From Dehalococcoidia bacterium (GTDB lineage: Bacteria > Chloroflexota > Dehalococcoidia > GIF9 > UBA5629), in assembly GCA_050011565.1 (NCBI GenBank), contig JBEKIW010000004.1, positions 1 to 64,000 of the forward strand: 64,000 nucleotides of DNA, written 5' to 3'. Under the pieces are notes generated by a model. It saw nothing but the letters and a program-made list of their open reading frames with translations. It did not search any database and was not told the origin of the DNA. Positions 36,246 through 46,889 of this stretch are shown here, piece by piece. A program made the position numbers and the translations under genes. Numbering within the stretch: position 1 is the first letter of the stretch; each line of letters opens with the position of its first letter.

Positions 36246-38674
36246 ACTATGCGGAAGTTGCGGTCAACTCACCTATTGCTCAACGTCGTAGTTTTTGTTA
36301 CTCAATTCCCCCTGAGCTGAATATTGATATCGGGCAAGCCGTCTGGGTGCCTTTTGGTTCTAAAACCCTGCAGGGCATTGTCGTCAAGTTAAGCGATTAC
36401 CCCTCGTTCGAAGCCACTAGAGAAATCGACGATATCATTGCACCCCTTCCTCTACTGTCTTCAGTTCAAATTGAGATTGCCCTGTGGTTAAGCAAACATT
36501 ACCTTGCCCCTCTTTTTGATTCTGTGGCTTTGATGCTGCCTCCGGGGTTCGAACGGCGTCTGGTTACTTTTCTGCAGCTCCTGTCAGTTCCAGTCGATTC
36601 ACAGCTCAGCGCTGAGCAGGAACAATTTATTAATCTTCTTAAAGATAGGGATAAGGTCAGCTTAAAGGAAGTCGAGCGGAAGTTAGGCAAAAAGAAAACC
36701 GAGTCGGTTGCTCAGCAGCTTTTGCGGCGCGGGCTACTGGCGAAAAGTCAGCAGCTTGAGGAAGCCAGAATAAAGCCAAAGCTGGTCACTCATTTGAAAC
36801 TGCAGATTGATAGAAGCAGGGCTGAAACAGAAATCATGAGGCTGAAGGCAGCCAGGGCTAATAAGGAAGCGGCAGTGCTTGAATTGCTGCTTAATAGACC
36901 AGGATTGGTTCCGTTGCCTGAACTTAGAAAGTCTGCCGCTTTCTCGAAGGCAGCGATTGAGTCTTTGAAAAGCCGCGGTTTAGTAACGGTGGCCGAGGTT
37001 GCTATCAGGCGTGACCCTTTGGCTCACCTTAATATTGCTGCGTCATTACCACCGAAGCTTACATCATCACAGGAAATGGCATGGCAAAAGATACAAACTG
37101 GCATATCTCCAGAATACCGGGATAAAACGCGTCCTGTCTTTTTGCTTCATGGCGTTACCGGCAGCGGTAAGACCGAGATATATCTGCGAGCGTTGACTGA
37201 AGTTGTGGCTCGAGGTAAACGAGGTATCTGTCTTGTCCCTGAAATTGCACTTACTCCGCAGACGATAGAGCGTTTTGCTTCTCGATTCCAGGGCCGTGTC
37301 GCTGTCATTCACAGCGGGCTGTCATTAGGTGAGCAATTTGATGAGTGGTATCGGATAAAAGAAGGCGGCTGTGATGTTGTTATTGGTCCGCGTAGTGCCC
37401 TTTTTGCACCTCAGCCGGACCTGGGATTGATTGTTCTTGATGAAGAGCATGAATGGACGTATAAACAATCTGACAAGTCGCCGCGATATCATGCTCGAGA
37501 CGTGGCAATTAAACTGGCTAAACTCAGCGGTGCCGTGGTCATTCTGGGCAGTGCCACGCCTGACGTGGAGACTTACTATAGAGCACAGCGGGGAGATTAC
37601 CAGCTTATTGAGCTCAAAGAGCGCATTACGCCTTATGGCCCGTCTCCCTTACCTGAAGTTGATGTTGTGGATATGAAGGAAGAGCTTAAAGCCGGGAACC
37701 GCAGCCTTTTCAGTCGCTCTCTAATTAAGGAAATGACTGAAGCATTGGCTCATAATGAACAGGTGATTCTGTTTCTCAATCGGCGCGGCACGGCCACATT
37801 TGTTCAATGTCGGAAATGTGGATTCGTTTTCCGTTGTTCACACTGCACTGCGGCGCTAACTTATCACTCGGTAACCAAAAAGATGGTCTGCCATCACTGT
37901 AATTATTCCATTGCTGTGCCTGCGGATTGTCCACAATGTCTTAGCCAAGAGCTCAGGTTCCTGGGTGTCGGTACTCAAAGGATAGAAGAAGAAGTCAGGC
38001 AGCTTTTCCCCAATGTACGTGCTCTTCGTTGGGATAGTGATATGACTTCCAGGCGGCGGGCCCATGAGGAAATATTGACTAAGGTCCGAGCTCACGAGGC
38101 TGACGTACTTATCGGCACGCAGATGGTGGCCAAAGGATTGGACCTGCCTGAGGTAACACTGGCTGGCGTGATAAGTGCTGACACCAGTTTGAATTTGCCT
38201 GATTTTAGGGCTGGGGAACGTACTTTCCAACTTTTGTGCCAGGTAGCCGGTAGGGCGGGAAGAGGCTTTATGCCCGGTAGGGTTATTCTACAAACTTACT
38301 GTCCGGAGCATTATGCTGTTCAGGCAGCTTCAAGGCATGATTATTCAGCCTTTTATGCTAGAGAGTTGGAATATCGCCGTCAGTTTGGTTATCCTCCTTT
38401 CAGCCGATTAGCCTCTCTTACCTTTAGTCATACAAATGAAACAGCTTGTTTGCAAGAAGTTGAGAGGATGGGCCGCTTACTTACGGTCGAAAAAGATAGG
38501 CGGGGCGTCCCTGACTTAAGATTGATTGGGCCTATGCCAGCTTTTGTACCCCGGCTCAGAGGACATTATCGATGGCAGCTGGTCCTTTGTGGAACTGACC
38601 TGGATGACTTCCTGACAGACGTAGCCTTTCCTCGAGGCTGGGTTGTGGACATCGATCCGGTCGGTATGGTTTAA
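36242..38674 (+). CDS. priA: Primosomal protein N'
   Basis: GVTGSGKT, DEEH, LNRRG, four CxxC, QVAGRAGR. Confidence 0.97.
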   Translation: MNYAEVAVNSPIAQRRSFCYSIPPELNIDIGQAVWVPFGSKTLQGIVVKLSDYPSFEATREIDDIIAPLPLLSSVQIEIALWLSKHYLAPLFDSVALMLPPGFERRLVTFLQLLSVPVDSQLSAEQEQFINLLKDRDKVSLKEVERKLGKKKTESVAQQLLRRGLLAKSQQLEEARIKPKLVTHLKLQIDRSRAETEIMRLKAARANKEAAVLELLLNRPGLVPLPELRKSAAFSKAAIESLKSRGLVTVAEVAIRRDPLAHLNIAASLPPKLTSSQEMAWQKIQTGISPEYRDKTRPVFLLHGVTGSGKTEIYLRALTEVVARGKRGICLVPEIALTPQTIERFASRFQGRVAVIHSGLSLGEQFDEWYRIKEGGCDVVIGPRSALFAPQPDLGLIVLDEEHEWTYKQSDKSPRYHARDVAIKLAKLSGAVVILGSATPDVETYYRAQRGDYQLIELKERITPYGPSPLPEVDVVDMKEELKAGNRSLFSRSLIKEMTEALAHNEQVILFLNRRGTATFVQCRKCGFVFRCSHCTAALTYHSVTKKMVCHHCNYSIAVPADCPQCLSQELRFLGVGTQRIEEEVRQLFPNVRALRWDSDMTSRRRAHEEILTKVRAHEADVLIGTQMVAKGLDLPEVTLAGVISADTSLNLPDFRAGERTFQLLCQVAGRAGRGFMPGRVILQTYCPEHYAVQAASRHDYSAFYARELEYRRQFGYPPFSRLASLTFSHTNETACLQEVERMGRLLTVEKDRRGVPDLRLIGPMPAFVPRLRGHYRWQLVLCGTDLDDFLTDVAFPRGWVVDIDPVGMV

Positions 38675-38685
38675 TAGGTCGTTAA

Positions 38686-39177
38686 ATGAGCGTACGTGCT
38701 ATTCGGGTTTTACCAGACCCCGTACTCAGACAAAAAGCTAAAAAAGTATCCAAGATTGATAAGTCTGTTCAGCAGCTTATCGATGATATGATAGAGACCA
38801 TGAGGGCAGCCTCCGGGGTTGGTTTAGCAGCAAATCAAATCGGAGTACCGCTGAAAATAGCTGTGATTGAAATACCGGGCGAAGAAGTCACTGTATTGGT
38901 TAATCCTGAGATAATAAAAAGGGAAGGCGAGCGTACCATAGGGGAGGCTTGTTTAAGCGTTCCCGGCTATCAAGGGGAGATTAAGCGTTCAGTCTGTGTC
39001 AAAGTAAAAGCCAGGGATAAACAGGGGCATAATATACGTATCAAAGGGGAGGAACTCCTGGCTCAAGCGCTAGAGCATGAGATAGACCATCTTAACGGTA
39101 TATTGTATATCGACCGTGTGGAAGAGCCGGACAAGTTACATAAGGTGGAACCTGAAACAGGTCAAGAAGAGCTTTAG
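38686..39177 (+). CDS. def: Peptide deformylase
   Basis: GVGLAANQIG, EACLS, HEIDHLNG. Confidence 0.97.
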   Translation: MSVRAIRVLPDPVLRQKAKKVSKIDKSVQQLIDDMIETMRAASGVGLAANQIGVPLKIAVIEIPGEEVTVLVNPEIIKREGERTIGEACLSVPGYQGEIKRSVCVKVKARDKQGHNIRIKGEELLAQALEHEIDHLNGILYIDRVEEPDKLHKVEPETGQEEL

Positions 39178-39193
39178 TTATTCGGCAGTTGAG

Positions 39194-40315
39194 CTAGCTC
39201 TGCCATTCCATCTCGACAACGAATCTGCCAGTTAATCCCTCTAATTCCACATTGTAGAAACCCGGCGTAGTTTTGGCGATTTTGAATGATATTTTCCGAT
39301 TTTCACCCGGGCCGAGGTCTATCTCTTCGGTACTTTCAACGGCGCCCTTTAGTTTAAGCGCTGCGCTGTAAGTGCCGGGAAGTTCACCGTTGTTGCTTAC
39401 CATGGCACTAATAATAATGTTTTCTCCTTGCTTGGCGCGTTCAGGTGCTATGATTAAATTGCTTACTGTAAAATTTGCCGGATCCAGCGGTATGATAATG
39501 AAAATACCGCTCAGGCCGTCCACTTCGGCGTAATATTCACCCCCATCCTTGTTTACAGTGAATGTGGTGGCCTGAGTTGCCCCGGGTGATAGCATCAGGT
39601 CTATTATGTTCTCGACCATGCCGTTTATCCGCAATACTACGCTGTATGTGCCGGCTTCAGAGCCGTTATTGGATACTATGGCGCTAATGGTTACCGGATT
39701 CCCATATTTTACCTGGTTTGGCGTAATAGTCAGATTGCTCACCGAAAATATAGGTCTTCTAGCATATTGTGGGTATGGGGCTGCCATTGGACCTGGTGCT
39801 GGAAATGCTCCCGGCGCTTGAAATTGTTCCTGCATAGGGAACCCTCCCGGAGCTTGGGGTGGCATTGTGGTTCCGACGGGTTGATTGAAGGAGCCAGGGC
39901 CTGACATCGGAGTTGGGATTGGCATCGGTCCTTGCGGTCCCTGCATCCCTTGCATGCCAGGCATACCCTGCATACCACCAGGCATTCCCTGCGCACCTTT
40001 GATAGCTGCTGCACCTTGCTTCTTGCGTGATGGCACGGTCACAAGCACTATAATCATTATGAGCAATGCGCCGATTACGCCGCCGATAGTCCACCAGGCC
40101 CACCGGGGGAAAATAGACCAGAAAGACGTTCCCCCTAAAGCCGTGACGTTATCCCCTTCTCCAGCAGACGTGACATTATCTCCCGCTTGAGCTGGATATA
40201 GGCTAATCGTTGGATTTTCTATCTCAAGCTTAGCTGCTGAGCTGGTTGAAACATTAGCCAGTAAAGCGACAGCTAGTAATAAGATTACCGGCAGCATACG
40301 AAGCACTTTTCTCAT
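39194..40315 (-). CDS. Membrane protein with G/M/P/Q-rich linker and two CARDB-like Ig domains
   Basis: Signal peptide, TM helix, low-complexity linker, two FxVSNLxIxP...VSNNG repeats. Confidence 0.75.
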   Translation of the reverse strand: MRKVLRMLPVILLLAVALLANVSTSSAAKLEIENPTISLYPAQAGDNVTSAGEGDNVTALGGTSFWSIFPRWAWWTIGGVIGALLIMIIVLVTVPSRKKQGAAAIKGAQGMPGGMQGMPGMQGMQGPQGPMPIPTPMSGPGSFNQPVGTTMPPQAPGGFPMQEQFQAPGAFPAPGPMAAPYPQYARRPIFSVSNLTITPNQVKYGNPVTISAIVSNNGSEAGTYSVVLRINGMVENIIDLMLSPGATQATTFTVNKDGGEYYAEVDGLSGIFIIIPLDPANFTVSNLIIAPERAKQGENIIISAMVSNNGELPGTYSAALKLKGAVESTEEIDLGPGENRKISFKIAKTTPGFYNVELEGLTGRFVVEMEWQS

Positions 40316-40447
40316 GCTTGCCTCCTGTAGTCTTTCATAGTTCAGATGCTAATACTGTACGATAAAACGAGCTATAAATCAATAGGTGTGCTTTGGTAGT
40401 CGGTTTTCCGAGCAGTGATGAGTAGGAGACCGGACAATTTTTACAGT

Positions 40448-42877
40448 CTACCTATCATGGTTTAGCCACAGCCCCTTGCCATCGGTTATAAACTCGATAG
40501 TGCCATGAGTTGATGTTAGATAAATCCTGTCACTGCCCACCCGCGTGGTCAGTCTGTCCACTACCTCGGCACGAGGTAGTGCGAATCTATTGTCGGTGCC
40601 GACTGAAATTACGGCTATTTCGGGATTAACTGCAGCCAGGAATTGCTCGGAGGTTGAGGTCAGGCTGCCATGGTGGGCAACTTTTAGCACTGTGCTCTTA
40701 AGATTAGCTCGCTGGGCAATCAGGTACCATTCAGCTTCCTTACCGATGTCAGAAGTAAACAAGAAACTTACTCTATTCCAGCTAAGGCGCAGCGCTAAAC
40801 TATTATTGTTAACATCGTCCGAAGTGCCTTGAAGCAAAGGTGAAGGAGGGTGAAGCACGTCTACCTTTATTCCGTCCCCGAGTTCGATTTTTTGACTGGC
40901 ATGAGCAATCTTATGCCCGGCTTCCTCGCTTTTAACTAAGCTGAGCCACTGCTGATAGGTAGTTGAGTTTTCAGCTATGTCGGGCTCAAAGATTTGCTTT
41001 ACTTTGTAGTTACGGAGTACTTCTATAAGGCCTGTCATGTGGTCAGCTTGCGGTTCAGTCAAAATTACCAAATCGACGGTTCTATCCCAGAAAGGTAACT
41101 TTTTACTCAGCTCTAAATCTATGGCTCTAGGGCTCGGGCCACCGTCAATAAGGATGTTCTGGTGGCTCGGTGTTTGGATAAGGATGGCATCCCCCTGACC
41201 GACATCGAGTATGCTAACGTGAAGTTTATCGTCGGGCATATTCAAGATGGCAGCCCAAATAAAAATGGCGGCAATCAAAAGTGGCGATATGACCCACTTC
41301 TTTGGCACTTTAGAGGCTAAGACTGAACCTTTGCTTGCCTGGAGACTTATTTTGGAAGCGGTCAGATGGAGTAGGTCGATTAATTGATTGCGATAATATA
41401 TGGCTGTTGCGGTCACAGCCAACAGGACGTAGTAAAGCCATATTTGCCAGACCTCAATACTTTCCAGCCTAATTGATGAAAATGGCAGGACATCGAAAGC
41501 ACGTACTACAAGCATGAAATAACTAATGAAAAGCCAGGATATCCAACCTAGAATCAAGGCTAGTGAAGGTGCTAAAAGGCCCACACCGGCGACTAGCGCT
41601 GTCGTGATTATAATTCCTGGCAAGGCCAGCACAGAGAAGAATGTAGCCGGTAGGCCGACGAAAGAAACAACATGAAAATAATAGGCAATAATCGGCCAGG
41701 TGGCCAACAGGGCAGCCAGAGTAACGGCAAAGCTATCAGCAATAAAATTACCTAAAGATGCTGCCGTTCCCTTCTTGCCTGCAGCGGCCATTACTCCTTT
41801 CCTGGACCATGCCTGGAGATAGGGCGAAATGAAAATAAGGCCAGCCATCGCCAGAAAGCTCAGTTGAAAGCTGGCATCCCATAAAACCTGAGGCTCTATT
41901 CCTACCATTACTGCCGCAGCGAAGGTCAGAGCGATTAAGGCACTACTTTGCCTACCTAGAAATTCGGCTAGAAGGAAAAGGCTGCCCATTATGGCGCCGC
42001 GGACTACAGGAGGATTCATGCCGGTAAGGAGAGCGTAAAGCCAGATAATAAGAAGGGCCAGCCAAATATAAATGGAGTATCGCTTGCCGAAAAGCCAGAT
42101 TCCAGCAGCCAGAAGCATGCCTATGACGATGGTGATGTTTATACCGGAGATAGCCAGTACGTGGGCGGTTCCGGTTCTGGAGAACGCTTGATTCAGGGAA
42201 TATGGTATGTCGCCTCTCAAGCCAAGAAGAATACCTTGAGCCAGCGAGGCCTGCGGTTCTGGCAGAGCTAGTGAAAGACTTTGAGAAAGGCGATTTCTAA
42301 GTGAGTAAATCCAGGCCAAGGGCTTGAAACCTTTGCCAGTATCGAGTATTTCTGTTCTGGGATAATTTATGATTGAGTAAATCCCTTGCCTGGCTAGATA
42401 GTCCTTGTAATTGAAATCATCAGATTGTGAAGGTGTTTCCAACTTATCTGTTATTCTCAACACATCACCGTAATGATATTCGTGATATCTGAGGACGTTT
42501 ACCAGGGCCTTACCTGAAGCTTCCACATAGACGCCATTTACCTGTAATTTAGTAGCTGAAAGGCGGAAGACAGAAGTTGTGTTTCCGGGGTCGGGTTCAG
42601 TGGCTATAATCCCCTCGATTACAATAGTTCCCTTGTCGTTATAGAATTGAAGGTGGTGCTCATCAACCACAGGAAGGCTTGTTTGGAAGCGCAGACAGCC
42701 GCCGAATAAGGACAAAAGGCAGAAGCCAGCCAGGAGCAGTTGCCTTTTATAATTCAAGAGAAAAGGAATCAGACATAATGGAATAAGCCCGATAAAAACT
42801 ATACCCCAGGGCAAAGCAAATCTTGAACCCAGGTAAATACCTATTACCCAGGCGATACTGAGATAAACAAGTGCCAT
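40448..42877 (-). CDS. comEC: Competence protein ComEC/Rec2
   Basis: HVLAISG, SFQLSF, DVGQGDA, HHGS MBL domain. Confidence 0.95.
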   Translation of the reverse strand: MALVYLSIAWVIGIYLGSRFALPWGIVFIGLIPLCLIPFLLNYKRQLLLAGFCLLSLFGGCLRFQTSLPVVDEHHLQFYNDKGTIVIEGIIATEPDPGNTTSVFRLSATKLQVNGVYVEASGKALVNVLRYHEYHYGDVLRITDKLETPSQSDDFNYKDYLARQGIYSIINYPRTEILDTGKGFKPLAWIYSLRNRLSQSLSLALPEPQASLAQGILLGLRGDIPYSLNQAFSRTGTAHVLAISGINITIVIGMLLAAGIWLFGKRYSIYIWLALLIIWLYALLTGMNPPVVRGAIMGSLFLLAEFLGRQSSALIALTFAAAVMVGIEPQVLWDASFQLSFLAMAGLIFISPYLQAWSRKGVMAAAGKKGTAASLGNFIADSFAVTLAALLATWPIIAYYFHVVSFVGLPATFFSVLALPGIIITTALVAGVGLLAPSLALILGWISWLFISYFMLVVRAFDVLPFSSIRLESIEVWQIWLYYVLLAVTATAIYYRNQLIDLLHLTASKISLQASKGSVLASKVPKKWVISPLLIAAIFIWAAILNMPDDKLHVSILDVGQGDAILIQTPSHQNILIDGGPSPRAIDLELSKKLPFWDRTVDLVILTEPQADHMTGLIEVLRNYKVKQIFEPDIAENSTTYQQWLSLVKSEEAGHKIAHASQKIELGDGIKVDVLHPPSPLLQGTSDDVNNNSLALRLSWNRVSFLFTSDIGKEAEWYLIAQRANLKSTVLKVAHHGSLTSTSEQFLAAVNPEIAVISVGTDNRFALPRAEVVDRLTTRVGSDRIYLTSTHGTIEFITDGKGLWLNHDR

Positions 42878-42884
42878 TGGGAAT

Positions 42885-43394
42885 TCAATCCTCCACGGTT
42901 ATTAAATCTCTCATTCTGTCTAACGTTGATTCGCCGATACCCTCGACGTTCAATAGGTCCTCGATTCTGCGGAAAGGGCCGTTTTGACTGCGGTAGTCGA
43001 CAATGGCTTGAGCCCTGCCCGGCCCGATTCCGGGTAAGGCATCCAATAGCTAGGTTTCAGCCCGGTTTAAGTCTATCTTCTGGGGTTGAGAGAGTTCGCC
43101 GGTCTTAGGCACATAGATCTCGATTTTATCTGTGTCTGCATCCGGTATAAGGCCGGCAGTCTGAATAAGCGACTCAATGGTGTCATCTTGTCTTAAGGGA
43201 TATAGACCGGGATTAGCCACGGCGCCGCCGATATAAATATCTCCGTCATATTGAAGTGGTGCAGCCTGGGACAGGGAAATCTCTACGGGCTTGTGGCTGC
43301 TTTGCTTGATTGTCAAGATTATTCCTCCGGCAATAAGGCTGACCAGCAGAAAAGCGACAATAATTAACCAATATTTTTCCAGATGACTAGACAT
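42885..43394 (-). pseudogene. comEA: ComEA (TM-SLBB-HhH) interrupted by an in-frame TAG
   Basis: ...KIDLNRAET*LLDALPGIGPGRAQAIVDYR..GPF..LNVEGIG..; TAG at 43050-52, true stop at 42885-87. Confidence 0.88.
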
Positions 43395-43452
43395 AATAAA
43401 CTCCTTGTTTCTATCTTATTGGTTGTAATAGTGATAAAATTCCACATATATA

Positions 43453-43905
43453 ATGGACTCGAAAACGATAACTGTCAATCGAAAAGCGTATCACGATTAT
43501 CATATTCTGGAAAGCCTGGAAGCGGGCATTGTCCTCACCGGCAGCGAGATAAAATCAATTCGTGCCGGCCGGGTTAACATTCGTGATGCCTATGCCAGGC
43601 CGGAAAACGGCGAGCTGTGGCTGGTTAATGCACATATTGCTGCCTATGAAGCTGCCAGCCGCTTCGGTCACGAACCGAATCAGCCACGCAAGCTGCTGTT
43701 GCATCGCCGTCAGATAGATGAATTGACGGGCATGGTGGCTCAGAAAGGTTTGACTCTGGTGCCCTTAAAGTTATATATTAAGAAAGGGACTGCTAAATTA
43801 GAGATCGGGGTGGCTCGGGGCAAAAGGCTTCACGATAAGCGTGAAGCGATAGCGCGCCGCGAGACGGAGAGGGAGATAGAGCGGGCGATGAAGCGGAAGG
43901 GCTGA
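43453..43905 (+). CDS. smpB: SsrA-binding protein
   Basis: NRKAYHDY, EAGIVLTGSEIKSIR, RKLLLH, HDKRE. Confidence 0.98.
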   Translation: MDSKTITVNRKAYHDYHILESLEAGIVLTGSEIKSIRAGRVNIRDAYARPENGELWLVNAHIAAYEAASRFGHEPNQPRKLLLHRRQIDELTGMVAQKGLTLVPLKLYIKKGTAKLEIGVARGKRLHDKREAIARRETEREIERAMKRKG

Positions 43906-43928
43906 CGGCACATTAAAAATTAAACTAT

Positions 43929-44274
43929 GGGGGCGTGAGGCTTCGACAGTGGGAGGCCTACAGGATAGCAGGTCGAGGTGCCATCCACCTCGTTAAACAG
44001 GTGGCAAAAGACAACTGCCGAAGCAGTTCCAATTGCAGCCTAATTAGGTTGCACATTCAACCTGACCTCACCCCGATGGGTTGGGATTGGGTGACGAAAT
44101 GTCGGGGTGCTCCAACCTCGATGTCGATAGAGGTTGGCTAAGAATCATCGACTGGCCTGGCTATTATCGGTCAGCAGAGCCTAGCTAGGTGAGATAAATG
44201 AGCTGACTAAACCTGTAGTATGTTCTGGCAACCTTCTTCTGGACGGGGAGTTCAACCCTCCCCCGCCTCCACCA
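43929..44274 (+). ncRNA. ssrA: tmRNA; tag (A)AEAVPIAA at 44017-44043
   Basis: GGGGGCG..TTCGAC start, ACAACT-GCC resume codon, CGCCTCCACCA end, directly after smpB. Confidence 0.95.
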
Positions 44275-44283
44275 GAAATAAAT

Positions 44284-44312
44284 CGGGCTCTGACGCAAGT
44301 CAGAGCCCGTTT
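44284..44312 (+). terminator. ssrA terminator
   Basis: CGGGCTCTGAC-GCAA-GTCAGAGCCCG plus TTT. Confidence 0.85.
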
Positions 44313-44412
44313 AAATTAATAGATGTTTGGTGTAACACAAGCCTCCGACACGTGGGCTTTTCGCAGATTGGGTAATGGTGACGCCGCCTCTGGTCTTATC
44401 TAGACCTGACTA

Positions 44413-46770
44413 TCAAGTAGCACGCCGGAAGATTAGCAACAACGCTACAACAGTGGCGATAATCAGGGCCCCTATGATTAGAATGCCAATCATAAGGTCG
44501 CTGGCACTTGTGCCAGTGGTGCTGCTGCCGGTGCCCAGTATGGTGAAACTGCCTTTCTGTCCGCCGATATCTACTGTGTAAGTTCCCGGCTGAGCTCTGG
44601 TTACGGTGAACTTCACCGGTTGGGTGGCCTGCGGGCCAACGCTGACCGTCTTGGTTTGCTCCACCTGTCCGTTTATCTTGAGGGCGACATTAAGGTTGCC
44701 GGCCTCACCACCGGTATTGACCACATTGGTTGTGATGGTCACCGGCTGGTTGGCAGACGTCTGCTGCGGGTCTATGCTCAGGTATTGCACCGACATCTGG
44801 GCCGGTTTAAGCGACGACACCCGTCGTGGTGCTGGCATCACTGGTACTTGCACTGGTACTGGTACTGCCGGGCCGCCGGGGTCAGCGATCTTGCCGTCAG
44901 CTTGTCCATCAGCATCTCCCAGGCCGCCATCTTTGATGGTCAGGGTAAGTATATTATCGCCGTCGTTGTGTCCTAGCAGCGAAGTGCAGTTCACCCAGGC
45001 TCCGTTGATGCACTTCCAGTACTGGGTACCTGTGGGCATATTGGAAGGAAGAGTGATGGTTATGGTCACCGTTGAGCCAGTGGGAATATCAGTGACATTA
45101 AAAGAGAAGAAGCCCTGGGGGAAGCTGAAGCCTGAAAGGGTTCCGCATGGAGTAGAGATTGCTGCGGTTAGACCCGTAATAGAGCCGTTGCTGGTGGTAA
45201 ATGTGGCAGTGCCGGTGCCTGTAGCGGTGCTGACACTTTGGGTTGGTTGCAGCACGGTAAAGCCGTTAGGCAGGGTTCCTGTTCCCCCGGGTGTAGTGAC
45301 CGAGAGATCTCTGGTACCCGGTGTAGCACCAGCGGCGATGATGATATTGACGGTTATCTGTGTGGCGCTGTTCACGGTGAAGCTGTTGGTGGTGATGCCT
45401 GAGCCGAAGCTGACTACTGTAGCTCCGGTGAAGTTGCTACCGGTGATAATGACATTGTTCACCGTCTGCCCCTGGTTGCCCGAGTTGGGGCTCACCGAGG
45501 CGACTACCGGAGCTTGTATCAGCTGGAGTTCAAAGGATCCGATATCGCAATTTGTTCCCTGCGGCCTGGCCACACCACGCTGGTCGGTTGGTGGGGCTCC
45601 ATCGCAGGTGCCCCGGTTAAAGGCGGGGCTGCTGGCTGTGATGGCATGTGTTGAGGTAGGACCCCCGTTATTCTGCAGAGGACCAAGCTGCGGATCGACG
45701 CCATTCTGGTCTGTGGGCTGGTTAAAATAACGGCTGATTTCGACATTTTCGCTGTCTATGTTGTAGCCCTCTGAATGGACCCCGGTTGCAAGCATCTGAT
45801 ATCCATTATTATAGTTGCTGTCTCCAGCCGTATTATTGGCTACGATGCAATTTTTAAAGTACATCGAGCTAAGTGACCCATCGGAGTAACCGCCGCCAGC
45901 AGAGCCTGGACCAGTCGCGTGGTTATAGGCTATGGTTACGTTCAGCAGGTGCATTGTTGCGTCAGGGTCGCAGAAAATACCTCCTCCAGTCCCCCAGCTA
46001 TCTGTAACGGTATTACCGCTTATGGTGCAGTTGGTCAGCTCCACCAAACCGGAATCACCGCCGAAGGTTCTTTGGGTAAATATACCGCCGCCGCTAGCAG
46101 TGGCAGTGTTTCCGCTCACAGTGCACCGGTTCATATAGAGAGTACCGCCATCGTTGCACACGCCGCCACCATAAGTAGGCAAGGGACCAGACCCGCCGCC
46201 CTTGGTGTTATTTATGATGGCGCAGTCGTTAATGGTAACTATGTGCGCCTGTGAAATATAAATGCCGCCACCGGCGTCGGAGCCTGCCGGGGCGCCATTC
46301 CGGATAGTAAAACCGGATATGGTGTTCTGCTGGAAAGGCTGACTGGAAACCTCAATCACGAATCCATTATGGTTGGCGTCTATGATGGTGCTAAGGGCAC
46401 CGGCACCAATAAGGTTCATAGTCTCCGATAGGTGAAGTCCGTGTTCATGATAAGTGCCAGCGGCAACATTAACGGTGCCGTTGTCAGAAACAATACCTAT
46501 ACCGGCAGCTATGGTTTGCTTCGGACCGATGTTGCCCGAAGCAGGCACAGGTGAGCTGCCATCGTAAGTATCATCATTGCCCGTGGCGCCATTGACATAA
46601 ACAGTCTGGATGGATATGGAAAAGCTACCTATCCTGGAGCTTGTATCCGCCAGGCCGGGTCCAACGGCACCAGCTATGCCGGGTAACAAGGCCAGTCCTA
46701 TCAAAACCACTAGTAACAGCAGGGAAAATGCTGGTTTGATTTTGCCTTTGGTGCTATCGTTAACTCTCAT
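44413..46770 (-). CDS. Cell-surface protein: beta-helix, choice-of-anchor Q-like, IPT/TIG, choice-of-anchor U-like, CARDB, C-terminal TM
   Basis: GGG-repeat beta-helix, LGPLQNNGGPT..DQRG..CDIGSFE, DGGLGDADG..DPGGP. Confidence 0.8.
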   Translation of the reverse strand: MRVNDSTKGKIKPAFSLLLLVVLIGLALLPGIAGAVGPGLADTSSRIGSFSISIQTVYVNGATGNDDTYDGSSPVPASGNIGPKQTIAAGIGIVSDNGTVNVAAGTYHEHGLHLSETMNLIGAGALSTIIDANHNGFVIEVSSQPFQQNTISGFTIRNGAPAGSDAGGGIYISQAHIVTINDCAIINNTKGGGSGPLPTYGGGVCNDGGTLYMNRCTVSGNTATASGGGIFTQRTFGGDSGLVELTNCTISGNTVTDSWGTGGGIFCDPDATMHLLNVTIAYNHATGPGSAGGGYSDGSLSSMYFKNCIVANNTAGDSNYNNGYQMLATGVHSEGYNIDSENVEISRYFNQPTDQNGVDPQLGPLQNNGGPTSTHAITASSPAFNRGTCDGAPPTDQRGVARPQGTNCDIGSFELQLIQAPVVASVSPNSGNQGQTVNNVIITGSNFTGATVVSFGSGITTNSFTVNSATQITVNIIIAAGATPGTRDLSVTTPGGTGTLPNGFTVLQPTQSVSTATGTGTATFTTSNGSITGLTAAISTPCGTLSGFSFPQGFFSFNVTDIPTGSTVTITITLPSNMPTGTQYWKCINGAWVNCTSLLGHNDGDNILTLTIKDGGLGDADGQADGKIADPGGPAVPVPVQVPVMPAPRRVSSLKPAQMSVQYLSIDPQQTSANQPVTITTNVVNTGGEAGNLNVALKINGQVEQTKTVSVGPQATQPVKFTVTRAQPGTYTVDIGGQKGSFTILGTGSSTTGTSASDLMIGILIIGALIIATVVALLLIFRRAT

Positions 46771-46889
46771 ATCACGGGTTAAGGTGAAGAATTAATGAAA
46801 ACTCTCTGCTACTAAATCAACTTTGGAATTCATCATATTTTGGAATATTATATGGATGGTTATTCAACTTGTCAATAGATTGCTTATTT

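Noticed and set aside
43929-44420. ssrA-integrated genomic island as in Dehalococcoides
   Set aside because: ssrA is followed by its terminator; no integrase or duplicated ssrA 3' end was seen.
44606-45730. 374-aa + strand ORF
   Set aside because: Antisense shadow of the Thr/Gly-rich surface protein.
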